Of a stretch of DNA of 64,000 bases, positions 53,489 through 64,000 are shown one piece after another (within the stretch, counting starts at the first letter, position 1; the number at the start of each line of letters is the position of its first letter). The DNA is from Camelus ferus (taxonomy: Eukaryota), in contig NC_045696.1 in the NCBI RefSeq assembly GCF_009834535.1, positions 6,698,001-6,762,000 of the forward strand, written 5' to 3'. A program made the position numbers and the translations under genes. The notes under the pieces were generated by a model. It ran no database searches. It worked only from the letters and a program-made list of their open reading frames with translations, and was not told the origin of the DNA.

Positions 53489-53961
53489 AAACTGAACTGG
53501 TCATCATCCAAAATGATTCAGGCCTTTTCTGGGCTGCTCTGTGCCCGAGGCTGCCCCCCGCCCCTGGCCCCGCCTGCACCACCAGGTCCTCTGCGTGGCT
53601 GCTCATTGCTCCTTCAGTAAATGAAAGGACAGGACAGAGCAAGGGGGCAGGACCCTTGTTCCTCTGACAGCCCCTCCCTGAGCTCAGACGACATCTCTTG
53701 TCCCTCATTCGCCAGGCCCAGGACTGAGAACAGCTTCCCATGCTGTTCGTACCTGGGAGCCCCCATCCCTGGTCTTACCCTCCCACCGCCACAGCTCAGG
53801 TGTCTGCCTTCATCCCAGTTCCTTCACCTGCACCATTTGGATGACATGCTTCTAGTTGAAACCTTCTCTGATGTATCCAGCAACTCCCCAACTTTGTGTA
53901 TATGACTTAGGATTCTTCTGGATACATACAGGTGGTGTGTGAGTAATTTTTTTCTTTTTCC

Positions 53962-53967
53962 TTTATT
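53962..53967 (-). terminator. Polyadenylation signal of the retrocopy with adjacent decayed poly(A)
   Basis: TTTATT on the + strand (AATAAA on -), next to the T-rich tract 53947-53959 that ends the AT-rich UTR. Confidence 0.5.
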
Positions 53968-53988
53968 TAAAAATTATTTTCAGATTTG

Positions 53989-54078
53989 AATATCTCTTAC
54001 TTTTACTTTTTTAAGATACTGAAATAACCATTAAAATATCTCTTACTTTCACTTTTTTAAGATACTGAAATAACCATT
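53989..54078. repeat. Tandem duplication, period 46 bp, in the retrocopy 3' UTR
   Basis: AATATCTCTTACTTT(T/C)ACTTTTTTAAGATACTGAAATAACCATT at 53989-54032 and 54035-54078, one mismatch. Confidence 0.95.
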
Positions 54079-54736
54079 CGCTGTGGTCTGAGTGTACTTG
54101 TCTGTGTGCATATATGTGATTGCTACAAAAGGCATAAATTTTACTCTGTATGATTTTGAAATGTTTAAATAACAGGCACTATATTAAAATATCAAAGGTT
54201 AAAAATATGGAAAAACAGGTAACAGATGACTGAAAAATGCCAACTCTTCTAAATGAATCAATGATATTGGAACTAAATTAATAAAAAATTATGATTTTTG
54301 AGTGTTTAAAAATTTTGCATTGTTTTTTCAAGCCAATCTAATTTTAGGCAAATATTTAGTTACTTATGCAGATTTCTAATAGCTCACATCCTACAGTAAT
54401 CACATGTACTAATTTAAGCATTTTTATGAATATTTCCTTGGTGGCTTAAGAAATAGTGCCTTTTGATTTAATCAAGCACAACAACTAGACCATCTTATTC
54501 TAGTGGGTCTAAGGACATAGAAAAAATTAATCATAGGAATTATATTCAAGGAACTTTATTGGAAATAATATCTTACAAATTATATTGGTTTATCTACTTG
54601 AATAAGAACAACTAAGCTACCAATTAACTAAACAAATAAACTAAAAAGAGAAAAATTAAAATTATTTAAAGGGAGAAAATCTGCCCAGCTATTGTGCTGT
54701 GGTTGTGAGCGTCTGGACCGGCTGCTGTGAGCTGAG

Positions 54737-56250
54737 TCACACCTGCAGGTGACCGCAGGTCCCTGCTCCCTCACCGCGGTGCCCTCCTCCTTCCCGGGGG
54801 GCCTGATGGCCCAGGCCCCCCCCCCGCCCGACACTGGCGGGCCCCTGGGGGCTGTGGGCGGAGCAACAGGAGCACCAGGGCCCCTGGGGGGAGGCTGGAC
54901 ATTGGACTTGACCTGGGCCAGCACCTGCCGGGTGCGGTCACTCTCCTGTCGCAGCTCCTGGAGCTTTTTCTTGGTGGCCACCGCCGCCATCCAGCCTTCC
55001 CCAGCTCTTTTCTCTTGGAAGTGGATCTTCTTGAGGTGGTAGGAGGTGGTTCTCTCCAATTCCTCGCCTGCGTCTTGGGCCATCTTCTTGCAGAGGTCGC
55101 GCATCTGACGTGTGGAGTCCAGGTCTCTACACACGTGGGTGAGTTGCTTCTCAACTTGTAAGCAGCGAGCTTCCACCTGGGACAACTCTCTGTGAAGCTG
55201 CGTCACACAGTCGTCATAGGCGTCAGGCAGACTTTGAAGCTTCAGCTTCAGCTGCTCAATCTCACCATCGAGCTGGGAATTCTCACACTTCACAGAGGCT
55301 TCTTCTGTTTGGAGACTTGTAACTTGTGCTGTAAGCTCTTGGATCATCTGCTTTTCTTCCCGCAGGCGCCTGGCTGTCCCTGATGTTCCTCTTGGGGACG
55401 GGGAAGGGGCACACTGCGGCCAGCATCACCAGTGACGCCCTTCAGATCGCCCTCTGCCCCGTGGACAGGGCGATGGCCGTCTTCTGCCCCCTCCTTCTGC
55501 TGGATGTCTGCGCGCCCGCCATCCGCGGGGCCCCCACGGAGGCAGGGCGAGGGGCTGGCCTTCAGCAGGTGGTCTGCGATGGATCTGAGTCGGCTGATTC
55601 TGTCTTGCAGGACCTGCGCCTTTCCTGCCTTCAGCCGCTCCAGCCTCCCTCCCAGCTCCTCCTTTCCCTGGACTTGTCGCTCCCTTCTTCTAATTTCTGG
55701 GTGAAACCGTTCTGGATTTTCTGAAAAACCAACCCTTTTATTCAGATCATTCTTTTCTTTCTTCTGAGCTCGTTCTCCATTCTTCTCTGATGGTTTTAAG
55801 GTGTGTTTTCCGTCAGCGACTCGGGAGAGTTGAGGAGGCTGGCTCTTCAGTGCCTTTTCTATAAAGGCAACAGTGTCCCTCAAACAATGTCCTTCTCAGG
55901 TTTTCTTTCAAGGCCCAAAAGCATAAGACTTTTAACAAGGGAGGACTGGCCTCCGGCCCAGGTGGCTTGAGGGCTTCGTGGGCCTGAGTCGTCGGGCCCG
56001 TAGTCTCTTCACATTTTCCACAGACTTCGTCTCGGGCTGAACACGTTTTGCCAAGCGACCTCCCCCTTCTTAAAGCGTACCGTCCACTTCCTGCCAGGAC
56101 CAGCACCCCAGCACACACCAGGCTCTCCCAGCGAAGCACAGGCAGACCCGGGACGTGTGTCAGGCTTTCGTAAACAAGCAGCAGAGCGCCCCACAGGGGC
56201 TCCAGGATCAGCTGGAAAGTGGCCCCGCGGGCAGCCTGCAGGACCTCCAT
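54737..56250 (-). pseudogene. Reconstructed coding path (about 500 codons) of the cTAGE5-like retrocopy: ATG 56250 to TGA 54739-54737, with frameshifts near 55885, near 55345-55425 and at the G10 run 54825-54816
   Basis: The ATG lies in the context CCTCGCCGCCATGG. Frames read MEVLQAARGATFQLILEPLW..., then ...RDTVAFIEKALK...QEEHQG, then ...RRLREEKQMIQELTAQ...RGPPVSG, then GLGHQAPREGGGHRGEGAGTCGHLQV* (cf. cTAGE5 NPLDHQ). Confidence 0.7.
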
Positions 56251-56580
56251 GGCGGCGAGGCCTCCGCAGCTCTGCCTCTGAGGACCAGCGTCCTGTGGGC
56301 CCAACTGCCCGCTCAGAACCCTGCGGTGTTCCGTCTCCAAGGTAAGCAAGCGCCTGCCCGCCAGGGCGGGCAGCTGGGCCGGGGGAGGGGAGGCCAGCCA
56401 GGTCCTGGTCCGCAGTTGTCCCTAACGTCGCTGGCAGTGGAAAGCGACCTCACTTACCCAGGCCCTGGGGGAGGGGGAGGGCTGAGCACAGCCTGGAGCT
56501 GGGCCACTCGAGGCCCGCCTGGCCCCACAGCAGACCTAGGGGGTCAAAGCAGGGCCAGGCCGGTCCCGTTCTGTGCCTAA
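56250..56580 (-). promoter_or_regulatory. GC/CpG-rich putative promoter and 5' UTR of the retrocopy
   Basis: High GC and CpG content; GGGCGG GC box at about 56364-56369; X-box-like GTCTCCAAGGTAAG at 56333-56346. Confidence 0.4.
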
Positions 56581-59500
56581 GAGGAGGTCAGGGCAGAGTG
56601 GTGGGGCCCTGTCCTGGTGAGAGCCAGGCTCCTGAGTTAAAGGTTCCCTCTGCTGCAGAGACAGCTGGTCCTGCCCCAGAGGTCCCGGGGATCCCCCTCC
56701 TCTGAGGCTCCCTCTTCCCTTGTGTAGGGGACTGTGGGGGACTGGGGTGAAGGGTGAAGGGTGAAGGATGTCCCCAGAGGTATTAGTTAAAAGACATGGA
56801 TTCTCATCCTAACACTTTGGGAAAATCCATTGGAACTAGCAGAGTCATAATTTCAAGTGTTCTGTGGAGCCAGCCTGTCCCTGTGTGGTCCGCGTGCTGC
56901 TGGTAGAGGGGGACCCAGCTCTGGGGGTGACACAGTCTCTCACATAGCCCTGCCATCTTCGGGAGGGTCTCCAGTCCACTGAGTCATCTTCACAGTGGGC
57001 CTTTGCGGAGGGTGCAAATCCTCCTTTTGGCTCAATTAACCAGATTTTATTTCATTAAACCACACCCGGCTCTCCTAACATCTCCATGGCCAGCCAGGCT
57101 CAGAGCCTCTAGGTCATGCTCTGGGCCTCTCCCAGGAGAGGCTGGTCTCTAGTCCTCTACTGACGTGGGAACAATGTCATCTGAGGCCAGCCCGGGGGTC
57201 CTGGAAGGTGCCAGCCTCAAGAGCTCTGTGGGACGTGGAGGGGGCTTTGGGAGCAGGGGGATACTCCCAGGGGAAGGCAGCCCCCTTTCAGGGGAGGCAG
57301 GAACCAACTCTGTACCTGCAAGTCGTCTTTAAAAAGGGTCCAAAATGGGGGGAAGAAATAATAATATTCCACCAAATACCAAATGAGTCTTGAAAGAGTG
57401 AACTAGAGTTAAGACTACTGCCCTATAGGCAGGGCCAGGGTGTTAGTGAGTGAAATGAGAAGATGCCCATGGAGACGGTTCTGAAAACTGGGGGCAGCAC
57501 AGCCCCTCCCCAGCCCCACCGGCTGGGGAATTTGCAGGAGCAACAGGGAGAAGCCTTCCCCCTCCCCTCCATCTCCTCCCTTCCCTTCTCTTCTTCTGCC
57601 TCTCATTTTGTCCTTTTCTGTTTTTTTTTTTAATTTATATTTTATCAACCTGATATTATTATTATGAGCATATATTATCTGTAACTCTTGACACGACATG
57701 TAGCCAGGTTGAGGTTTGGTCCTCCTGGTCGTACAGTGTCCCCTGAGACCTGCCCCACTGTCCCAGCATGTGAGCCACCCCTTCCTGCTTCCTCTGCCCC
57801 CCGGGCCGAGGCCCCACGTCTACTGAGCAGCCTCGGCCTCCTCCTACTCATTAGCGCACTGGCACCCAGGGCTCACATCCTCCCAGGTTCTCCTCTGCTC
57901 CCAGGCCACTTCCAGGGCCCTCCCAGGGCCCCTTCCTGTGCAGAGCGAGGCAGTGTATACATATGTACACTGAAACTGATAATGAGAACTCAATATAAAG
58001 TAAAATGCAAAAAACAAAACCCAAGAGCTCTTCTGTGTACTAGAAAAATGCAGCACCTATTAGAGGAAACTGTACAACTTTATTTAAAGGTGCATATAAG
58101 GCTTGAATAAAGGGGGAGACACTCAATCTTTCTGAATCAGGAAAGAGTCAGATGGTAACATCTCGTTTTCCTGCAGAGATCGAATCCACCCACCCTACCC
58201 CCCACCAATTCTCCTGTATCTTGACAAAGTGACTCAAAAATGTTCATCTGGAAGAATAAGTAGGTGTGAGAAGATGCGTTGTGTAGGTAGAGTGAGTGGA
58301 AGGAACACCAGCAATTGCTACACCTGTAGTACATCTGTAACAGAAGAGTTTGGTGTATTGTTTTGGCAGAACATTCAAAGGAAAAGCGAGGAGAAGGCAC
58401 ACCTTAGAAAGCAAACCCTAGTACGTATAAAACCTAGAAGGCAGTAAAAAATAAAATTACAAATAAGGAGGTTAAGAAAGGATTACTCAACATATGCCTC
58501 TGAAAAAATTAAGTAAATATTTGGGGAAAATAAAAAATAAAAAAAAAGTGAGCACCTCCTCTATAGCTGCATGATGATGTTGCAAATAAGACACGGAAGC
58601 TGGGTTCGGATCCCAGCCCCACGACGTACTTGCTGTGCAACCTTGGCGACACCCATAACCAAAGTGTGATCAGTTCCTGGCAGAACTGTGAACAGGCAGA
58701 TGCTTAACATCTGTAAAAGAAGGACATGGTGCCTGGCACATGGGATATGCTTAATAAATGACAGTTAAATTCAATGTAAAAAAAAAAAAGAAACTACATA
58801 CAATCTAGAAGATGTTTTAGGTTAATTTCTGTCTAAACATGATCTTGGAAGCAATGAAAGCAATCAACAAAATCACAGAGGGAAAATGATCACATTTGAC
58901 CACATAAAAATTCAATATCTATATGGCAGGTTACAAAAATCATGGGCACACTTAAAGTGGAAAATGCTTTCTATAAATATGATGCTCAGCTGGTTACTAT
59001 ATATAATTTGTGAAATATCATGGAAAATGTATTTAAAATTGAAATAGAATTTGTGCAAAGAATAGGAAAGATCACTATACAAAAAAAATGAAAACTAACC
59101 AAAAATTTAACATTTAAGTCATCAAATCTACCAAGTTTTAAAGTATATATTTTACCAAGTTTTGAGCAGGACATCCTGAACTGGGCATTCTAGTCTTGCT
59201 GGTGAGAGATTTAATTGGTACCAGTGCTCTGGAAGTCACTTGCTAAAATATGTCAAGAATCTTAAAAAGTCTTGTCCTTTAATATACTTTGACATAAAAA
59301 TTCCAGTTATAAGAACACATCCCAAGAACATAATTGGCTTTTGGACTAAATATGCTGCATGAGAATATTTATTACAGAATTGCTTGTAATAGCAGAAACC
59401 TAGAAACATGACTTAAAGTCCAACCAGGATGATGATATTTAACTATGGGGAGCAGGAGAGAGGATTTGGGGAGGGGGCTTATGATTAGATATAGTTTATT

Positions 59501-59674
59501 GTCAGTGAAGCTTTTGTCATGGGAGGTGGATTAAAGGGTGCTTATTACACAACTAAAAATACACAAATATGTGCATGAAATATACCTGCCTCACGTGCAC
59601 CAATGATGAAATTGCACCTTGAACTAAGGAATGTAATTTAGCCAATTCAGAGGAATGGACATCCAAAAAAACAT

Positions 59675-59726
<52 letters not shown>

Positions 59727-59740
59727 TTAGATAGATAGAA
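59675..59740 (+). repeat. (GATA)n tetranucleotide microsatellite
   Basis: AGATAGATAGAT... about 12 perfect units, then degenerate. Confidence 0.95.
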
Positions 59741-59869
59741 GACAGATAAATAGATGATAGATTAATATAGACGGTAAATGTGGATATACTCACACAAACA
59801 CACATACATATATATGTATATACAGTTATATATATATATATTTTATTACATAACATTTGAAAATAAATT

Positions 59870-60790
59870 TTAAAAATACTCTAATAGTATCCAGAAACAT
59901 GAGCTACTTGGAGATAAATTTAACAAAAGGTACATAGGATCTCTATAGTGAAAACTACAAAACAATACTGAGAGACATAAAAGAAAGCCTAAATAAAAGG
60001 AAACATCTACAATGTTTAAGGATTAGAAGACAATGTGTCGTAAGATCAGTTTTCTCCACATTTATCTGTAGATCCAGTGCAAACCCAAACCAAACTAGAG
60101 CAGGCTTTTAAAAATAAAAACTGACAAGCTGATCCTAAAATGTATATGGAAATTCAAAGCAGTCTAGAATAGCCAACACAATCTTGATAAAGAACAAATG
60201 TGGAGGAACTACACTAACTGACTTGAAGATTTAATATAAAGCTAAGTCCTCAAGTTAGCGCTGTGCTGTTTAAAGAACAGACAAAAATAGAGCAGTGGAA
60301 CCAAATCGAGGTACCAGAAATAAACTGAACATATACGATCCAATAATTTTTCAACAGAGATGCAGAAGCAATCCAAAGGGAATTTTTTTTTCAAAAAATG
60401 ATGTGGAAACAGGTAAATATGGGGAAAAAAGTATCTTAATTCCCACTTCACACCATACACAGAAATTATTCCAAAACTAAAACGAAAACTATATAAAGCT
60501 CTAGAGGAAATCAAAGAGAATAACTTCATGACTTCGGGGATGGGCATAAACTTGTTAGAGAATTCACAGAAAGCAATAACCATTAAAATTTGTTTTGGTA
60601 AATTGGAATTTATCAATATTCAAACTTCTGCCCATCTAATAGATGTTATTAAGAAACTAAAAGACAAATCACAGATTAGTAGAAATTATTCATATACAAC
60701 TGTTAAGGGATTTCTGTGTAGAAATATTTTTTAAAACTACTACAATTTGGTAATAAAAACTACAAACAACTCAATTTAAAAGTGAGTGAA
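59870..60790 (+). mobile_element. Old L1 ORF2 fragment
   Basis: AAAACTACAAAACAATACTGAGAGA..AAAGAAAGCCTAAATAAA...GACAAGCTGATCCTAAAATGTATATGGAAATTCAAAG. Confidence 0.8.
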
Positions 60791-60791
60791 A

Positions 60792-62475
60792 GTCAAAATA
60801 CCAGTGACATTTTTCACAGAACAATAACAAAGAATCCTGAAATTTATATAAAAGCACAAAAAAACTTTGAATAGCAGAAACAATCTTGATAAAGAAGAAC
60901 AAAGCTGGAGGTATCACACTGCCTGATTTCAAACTATACTACAAAGTTTTGGTAATCCAAACAGTATGGTACTGGCACACACGCACTAAGAAACAGACAC
61001 ATAGATTTCTGGAACAGAATAGAGAGCCCAGAGGTAAATCTATGCTTTTATGGTCAACCAGTCTATGACAAAGGAGACAAGAATGTGCAATGAAGGAAAG
61101 ACAGCCTCATCAATCATCGGTGTTGGGAAAACTGAACAGCTACATGCAAAAGAATGAAACTGGGCCCCTGTCTTATACAATGTAGAAAATTAAACTTAAA
61201 ATGGATTAAAGACTGAAACATAAGACCTGAAGCCACAAAACTCCTAGAAGAAAACACTCTTTAATATGGGTCTCAGTAATATTTTTTTGGATCTGTCTCC
61301 TCAGGCCAGGGCAACAAAAGCAAAAATAAACAAATGGAACTACATCAAACTAAAAAGCTTAAGTACAGAAAAGGAAACCATCAACAGAACAGAAAGGCTT
61401 TCTACTGAATGGAAGAAGATATTTTCAAATAATATATCCAAAAAGGAGTTAATATCCAAAATACAGAACAAACTCATACAACTCAATATCAAAAAAAAAA
61501 AAATTCTGTTAGAAAATGAGCAGAGGAACTAAATAGACATTTTTCTAAAGAAGACATCCTACAGATGGCCAACAGACACATGAAAAGATGCTCAACATCA
61601 CTAATCATCAGAGAAATGCAAATATCAAAATCACAATGAGACATCACCTCACACCTGTCAGAATGGCTACTGTCAGAAAGACAACAATTAACAAGTGTTG
61701 GTGAGGATGAAGAGAGACGGGAACCTTCATGCACTGTTGGTGGGATTGCAAATTGGTGCAGCCACCATGGAAAGCAGTTTGGAGGTTCCTCAAAAAATTA
61801 AAAATACAACTACCACAGGATCAGCAATTCTATTTCTGCATATTTACCTGAAGGAAAAAAACCCACTAATTTGAAGATATACATGCCTCATTGCAGCATT
61901 GTTTTCAATGGCCAAGATATGGAAGCAACCTAAGTGCCCATCAATAGATGAGTGGATATAGAAAATGTGATGCATCGATGCAATAGAATATTATTCAGCA
62001 ATAAAAATTAATGAAATCTTGCCATTTATGACAGCATAGATGGATCTAGAGGGTATTATACTAAATGAAGTAAGTCAGACAGAGAAGGACAAATTCTGTA
62101 TAATTTCACTTATGTGTGGAATCTAAAAAACAAAACAAACAAATAAAGCAAAGTAAAACAGAAACGAATTCATAGATGCAGAAACAAACTGGTAATTGCC
62201 AGAGTGGGGGGAGGTAGGTTTTGGGATAAATAGGTAAGGAGGATTAAGAGGTACAAACTTTGAGTTATGTAATAAATGCCATGGGGACATAATAGAAAGC
62301 CCAAGGAGTACGGTCAATAATACTGCATACAATAACAACTTTGTATGGTGACAGAGCATTATAAGACTTATAGTGGTGTTCATTTTGTTAAGTATTTAAA
62401 TGTAATTAAATGAATCACTATGTTGTACACATGAAACTAACATAATATTGTACTTCAACTATATTTCAATAATGT
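60792..62475 (+). mobile_element. 5'-truncated L1 (ORF2 C-terminal part plus 3' UTR)
   Basis: ORFs give [27 protein letters not shown] and FLDLSPQARATKAKINKWNYIKLKS; 3' UTR ends TGTACACATGAAACTAACATAATATTGTAC..CAACTATATTTCAAT. Confidence 0.93.
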
Positions 62476-62959
62476 TTTAATTTTAAAAATTATTGTACTC
62501 ATGTAAGCTTTTTGGTGTTTCTGTGTCAGAATCAGCACTCAGATTGTAAGCTTCCTAAAGCAAGGACTAGGATCTACATCTATTTGCACACCCTGGAGCA
62601 TCTAGCCCTCTACCTTCATCATAGTAATGGGCCCTGCGGTCACTTACTTTTGGATTTGCTCCCCATCTTTGGCTCCTCTCTCTCAGTCTTCCCAGTAGGG
62701 TAACAGCACAGTCCATTCCCCAACCCCCCACAGCCACTAAGTCAGCAAAACTCTGCTCTGCTATGAAATGAACCTAAAATCCTAGTTCTCCTCACTTCCA
62801 CCGCTGGCACTGTGATCCAGCCCCCGTCATCTCAGCACCTGGGTTGATGTAACAGTCCCCCTGCTGGCATTCTTGCTCCTGTTTGCATCCCGGTAGAAGG
62901 TTCTGCACAGAGCAGCCATAGGGGTCCTTCTTATCTGTGTGCTTTGAATGGCTTTACAA

Positions 62960-63940
62960 AGACAACATTTACATATTATAAAACTCACCCAAAGTACACA
63001 ATTCCAGTGCTTTTTAATGCATTCACAGAGTTGTGCAACCACAACCACAATCAATTTTAGAAACTTTTCATTGCCCTAAAATGAAACCTGCCACCCCTTA
63101 GTCATCAACCACTTTCTCCCTTCCCCTGAGGCCCTGACAACCACTAATCTACTTCCTGTCTCTGGATTTGCCTGTCCTGGACATTTCCTATAAATGGAAT
63201 TGTATAGTATGTGACCTTTTGTGTCTGGCTTCCTTCATTTAGCAAAATGTCTTTAAGATTCATTCATGTTGAAACATTTAACCATTCCTCATTACTTTTT
63301 ATTGCCAATTAGTATTCCATTACATGGACATACCACATTTTATTTATCCATTCATCAGTTGATGGCCATTTGGGCTGTTACCACAAATAATCCTGACTAC
63401 TATGAATAATGCCGCTATGAACATTTGTGTACAAGTTTCTATGTGGGCCTTTGGTCTCATTTCTCCTGAATATATACTGAGGAGTGCACTTGTTGGATCA
63501 TGTGGTAATTCTATGTTTAACATTTTAAGCAACTTCCAAACTGTTTTCTAAAGCAGCTGCATCATTTTACATTCTCAACAACAATCCATGAAAGTTCCAG
63601 TTTCTCCACATCATCACCAACACTTGTTATTGTCTGTCATCTAACCATCCTAGTGAGTATAAAGTTGTATTTCATTGTGGTTTTGATTTGTATTTCCTTA
63701 ACAGATAAGGATGTTGAACATCTTTTCATGCTTAACATCATTAGCTATTAGGGAAATGCAATTTGCATTAACCATTTATAGATCTTCTTTGTAGAAATGT
63801 CTATTTGAATCTCATTTTAATTGGATTATTCATCACTTTATTATTCACTTGTAAGTCTCCTTTTTGTATTGCAAATATAAGTCCCTTATCAGGTACATGA
63901 TTTGCAAATATTTTCACCCATTCTGTCTTTTCACAGTCCT
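62960..63940 (-). mobile_element. L1MB-like 3' end, antisense
   Basis: ORF 63344-63532 gives LKMLNIELPHDP..LLSIY..EM...TCTQMFIAALF; 3' UTR CATTCACAGAGTTGTGCAACCAC. Confidence 0.88.
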
Positions 63941-64000
63941 TTTAAATATGTCTTGTCTCTCCTCTGACATTCCTTCTCACCAGAAAAGGCTCTTCTGAGA

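Larger units (their letters stand above)
53946..56350 (-). pseudogene. CTAGE5-like: Intronless cTAGE5/MIA2(MEA6)-family retrocopy (processed pseudogene or frameshifted retrogene), including UTRs
   Basis: Three consecutive minus-strand ORFs (55813-56349, 55344-55883, 54628-55347) tile cTAGE5-like sequence in order: RWESLVCAGVLVL (cf. PWELVICAAVV), LRDTVAFIEKALK (cf. LEDEILCLEKELK), ELTAQVTSLQTEEASVKCEN...KL...Y...LHRELS...EELERT...EKRAGEGWMAA (cf. [20 protein letters not shown]...LHRKLT...EEELERT...EKKAHDNWLAA). Parent sequence recalled from memory. No introns; AT-rich 3' UTR at about 53960-54700; AATAAA at 53967-53962 (-) followed by an A-rich tract. Confidence 0.85.

Noticed and set aside
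22164..54078. Short direct repeats considered as CRISPR-like arrays
   Set aside because: Only two adjacent copies each, no spacers, mammalian context.
54749..56580. Several + strand ORFs overlapping the retrocopy
   Set aside because: Antisense shadows of GC-rich coding-derived sequence.

Overview
64 kb of mammalian genomic DNA, most likely camelid (two Vic-1-type tRNA-derived SINEs). It is repeat-rich: L1, L2, MIR, MaLR/ERV LTRs, MER20/MER5A/MER2 DNA transposons and microsatellites. No spliced host-gene exons could be recognised, so the window looks intergenic or deep intronic. The only non-transposon coding homology is an intronless, minus-strand cTAGE5/MIA2 (MEA6)-family retrocopy at about 53946-56350. 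It has a perfect Kozak ATG, a hydrophobic N-terminal segment, coiled coils, a shortened proline-rich tail, an AT-rich 3' UTR, AATAAA and a poly(A) remnant. It is broken by three frameshifts but shows no in-frame stop along the homologous path. Nearly all other ORFs in the track are chance frames or L1 fragments. Secondary signals include nested and same-site retrotransposon insertions with readable target-site duplications (TSDs), a solo ERV1-type LTR, a candidate CTCF site and several non-repetitive blocks rich in PBX-HOX/MEIS motifs. I see no evidence for a wholly new biological system; the best candidate for something undescribed is the diverged cTAGE-like retrogene. Repeat family names and protein homology are recognised from memory, not from database searches.
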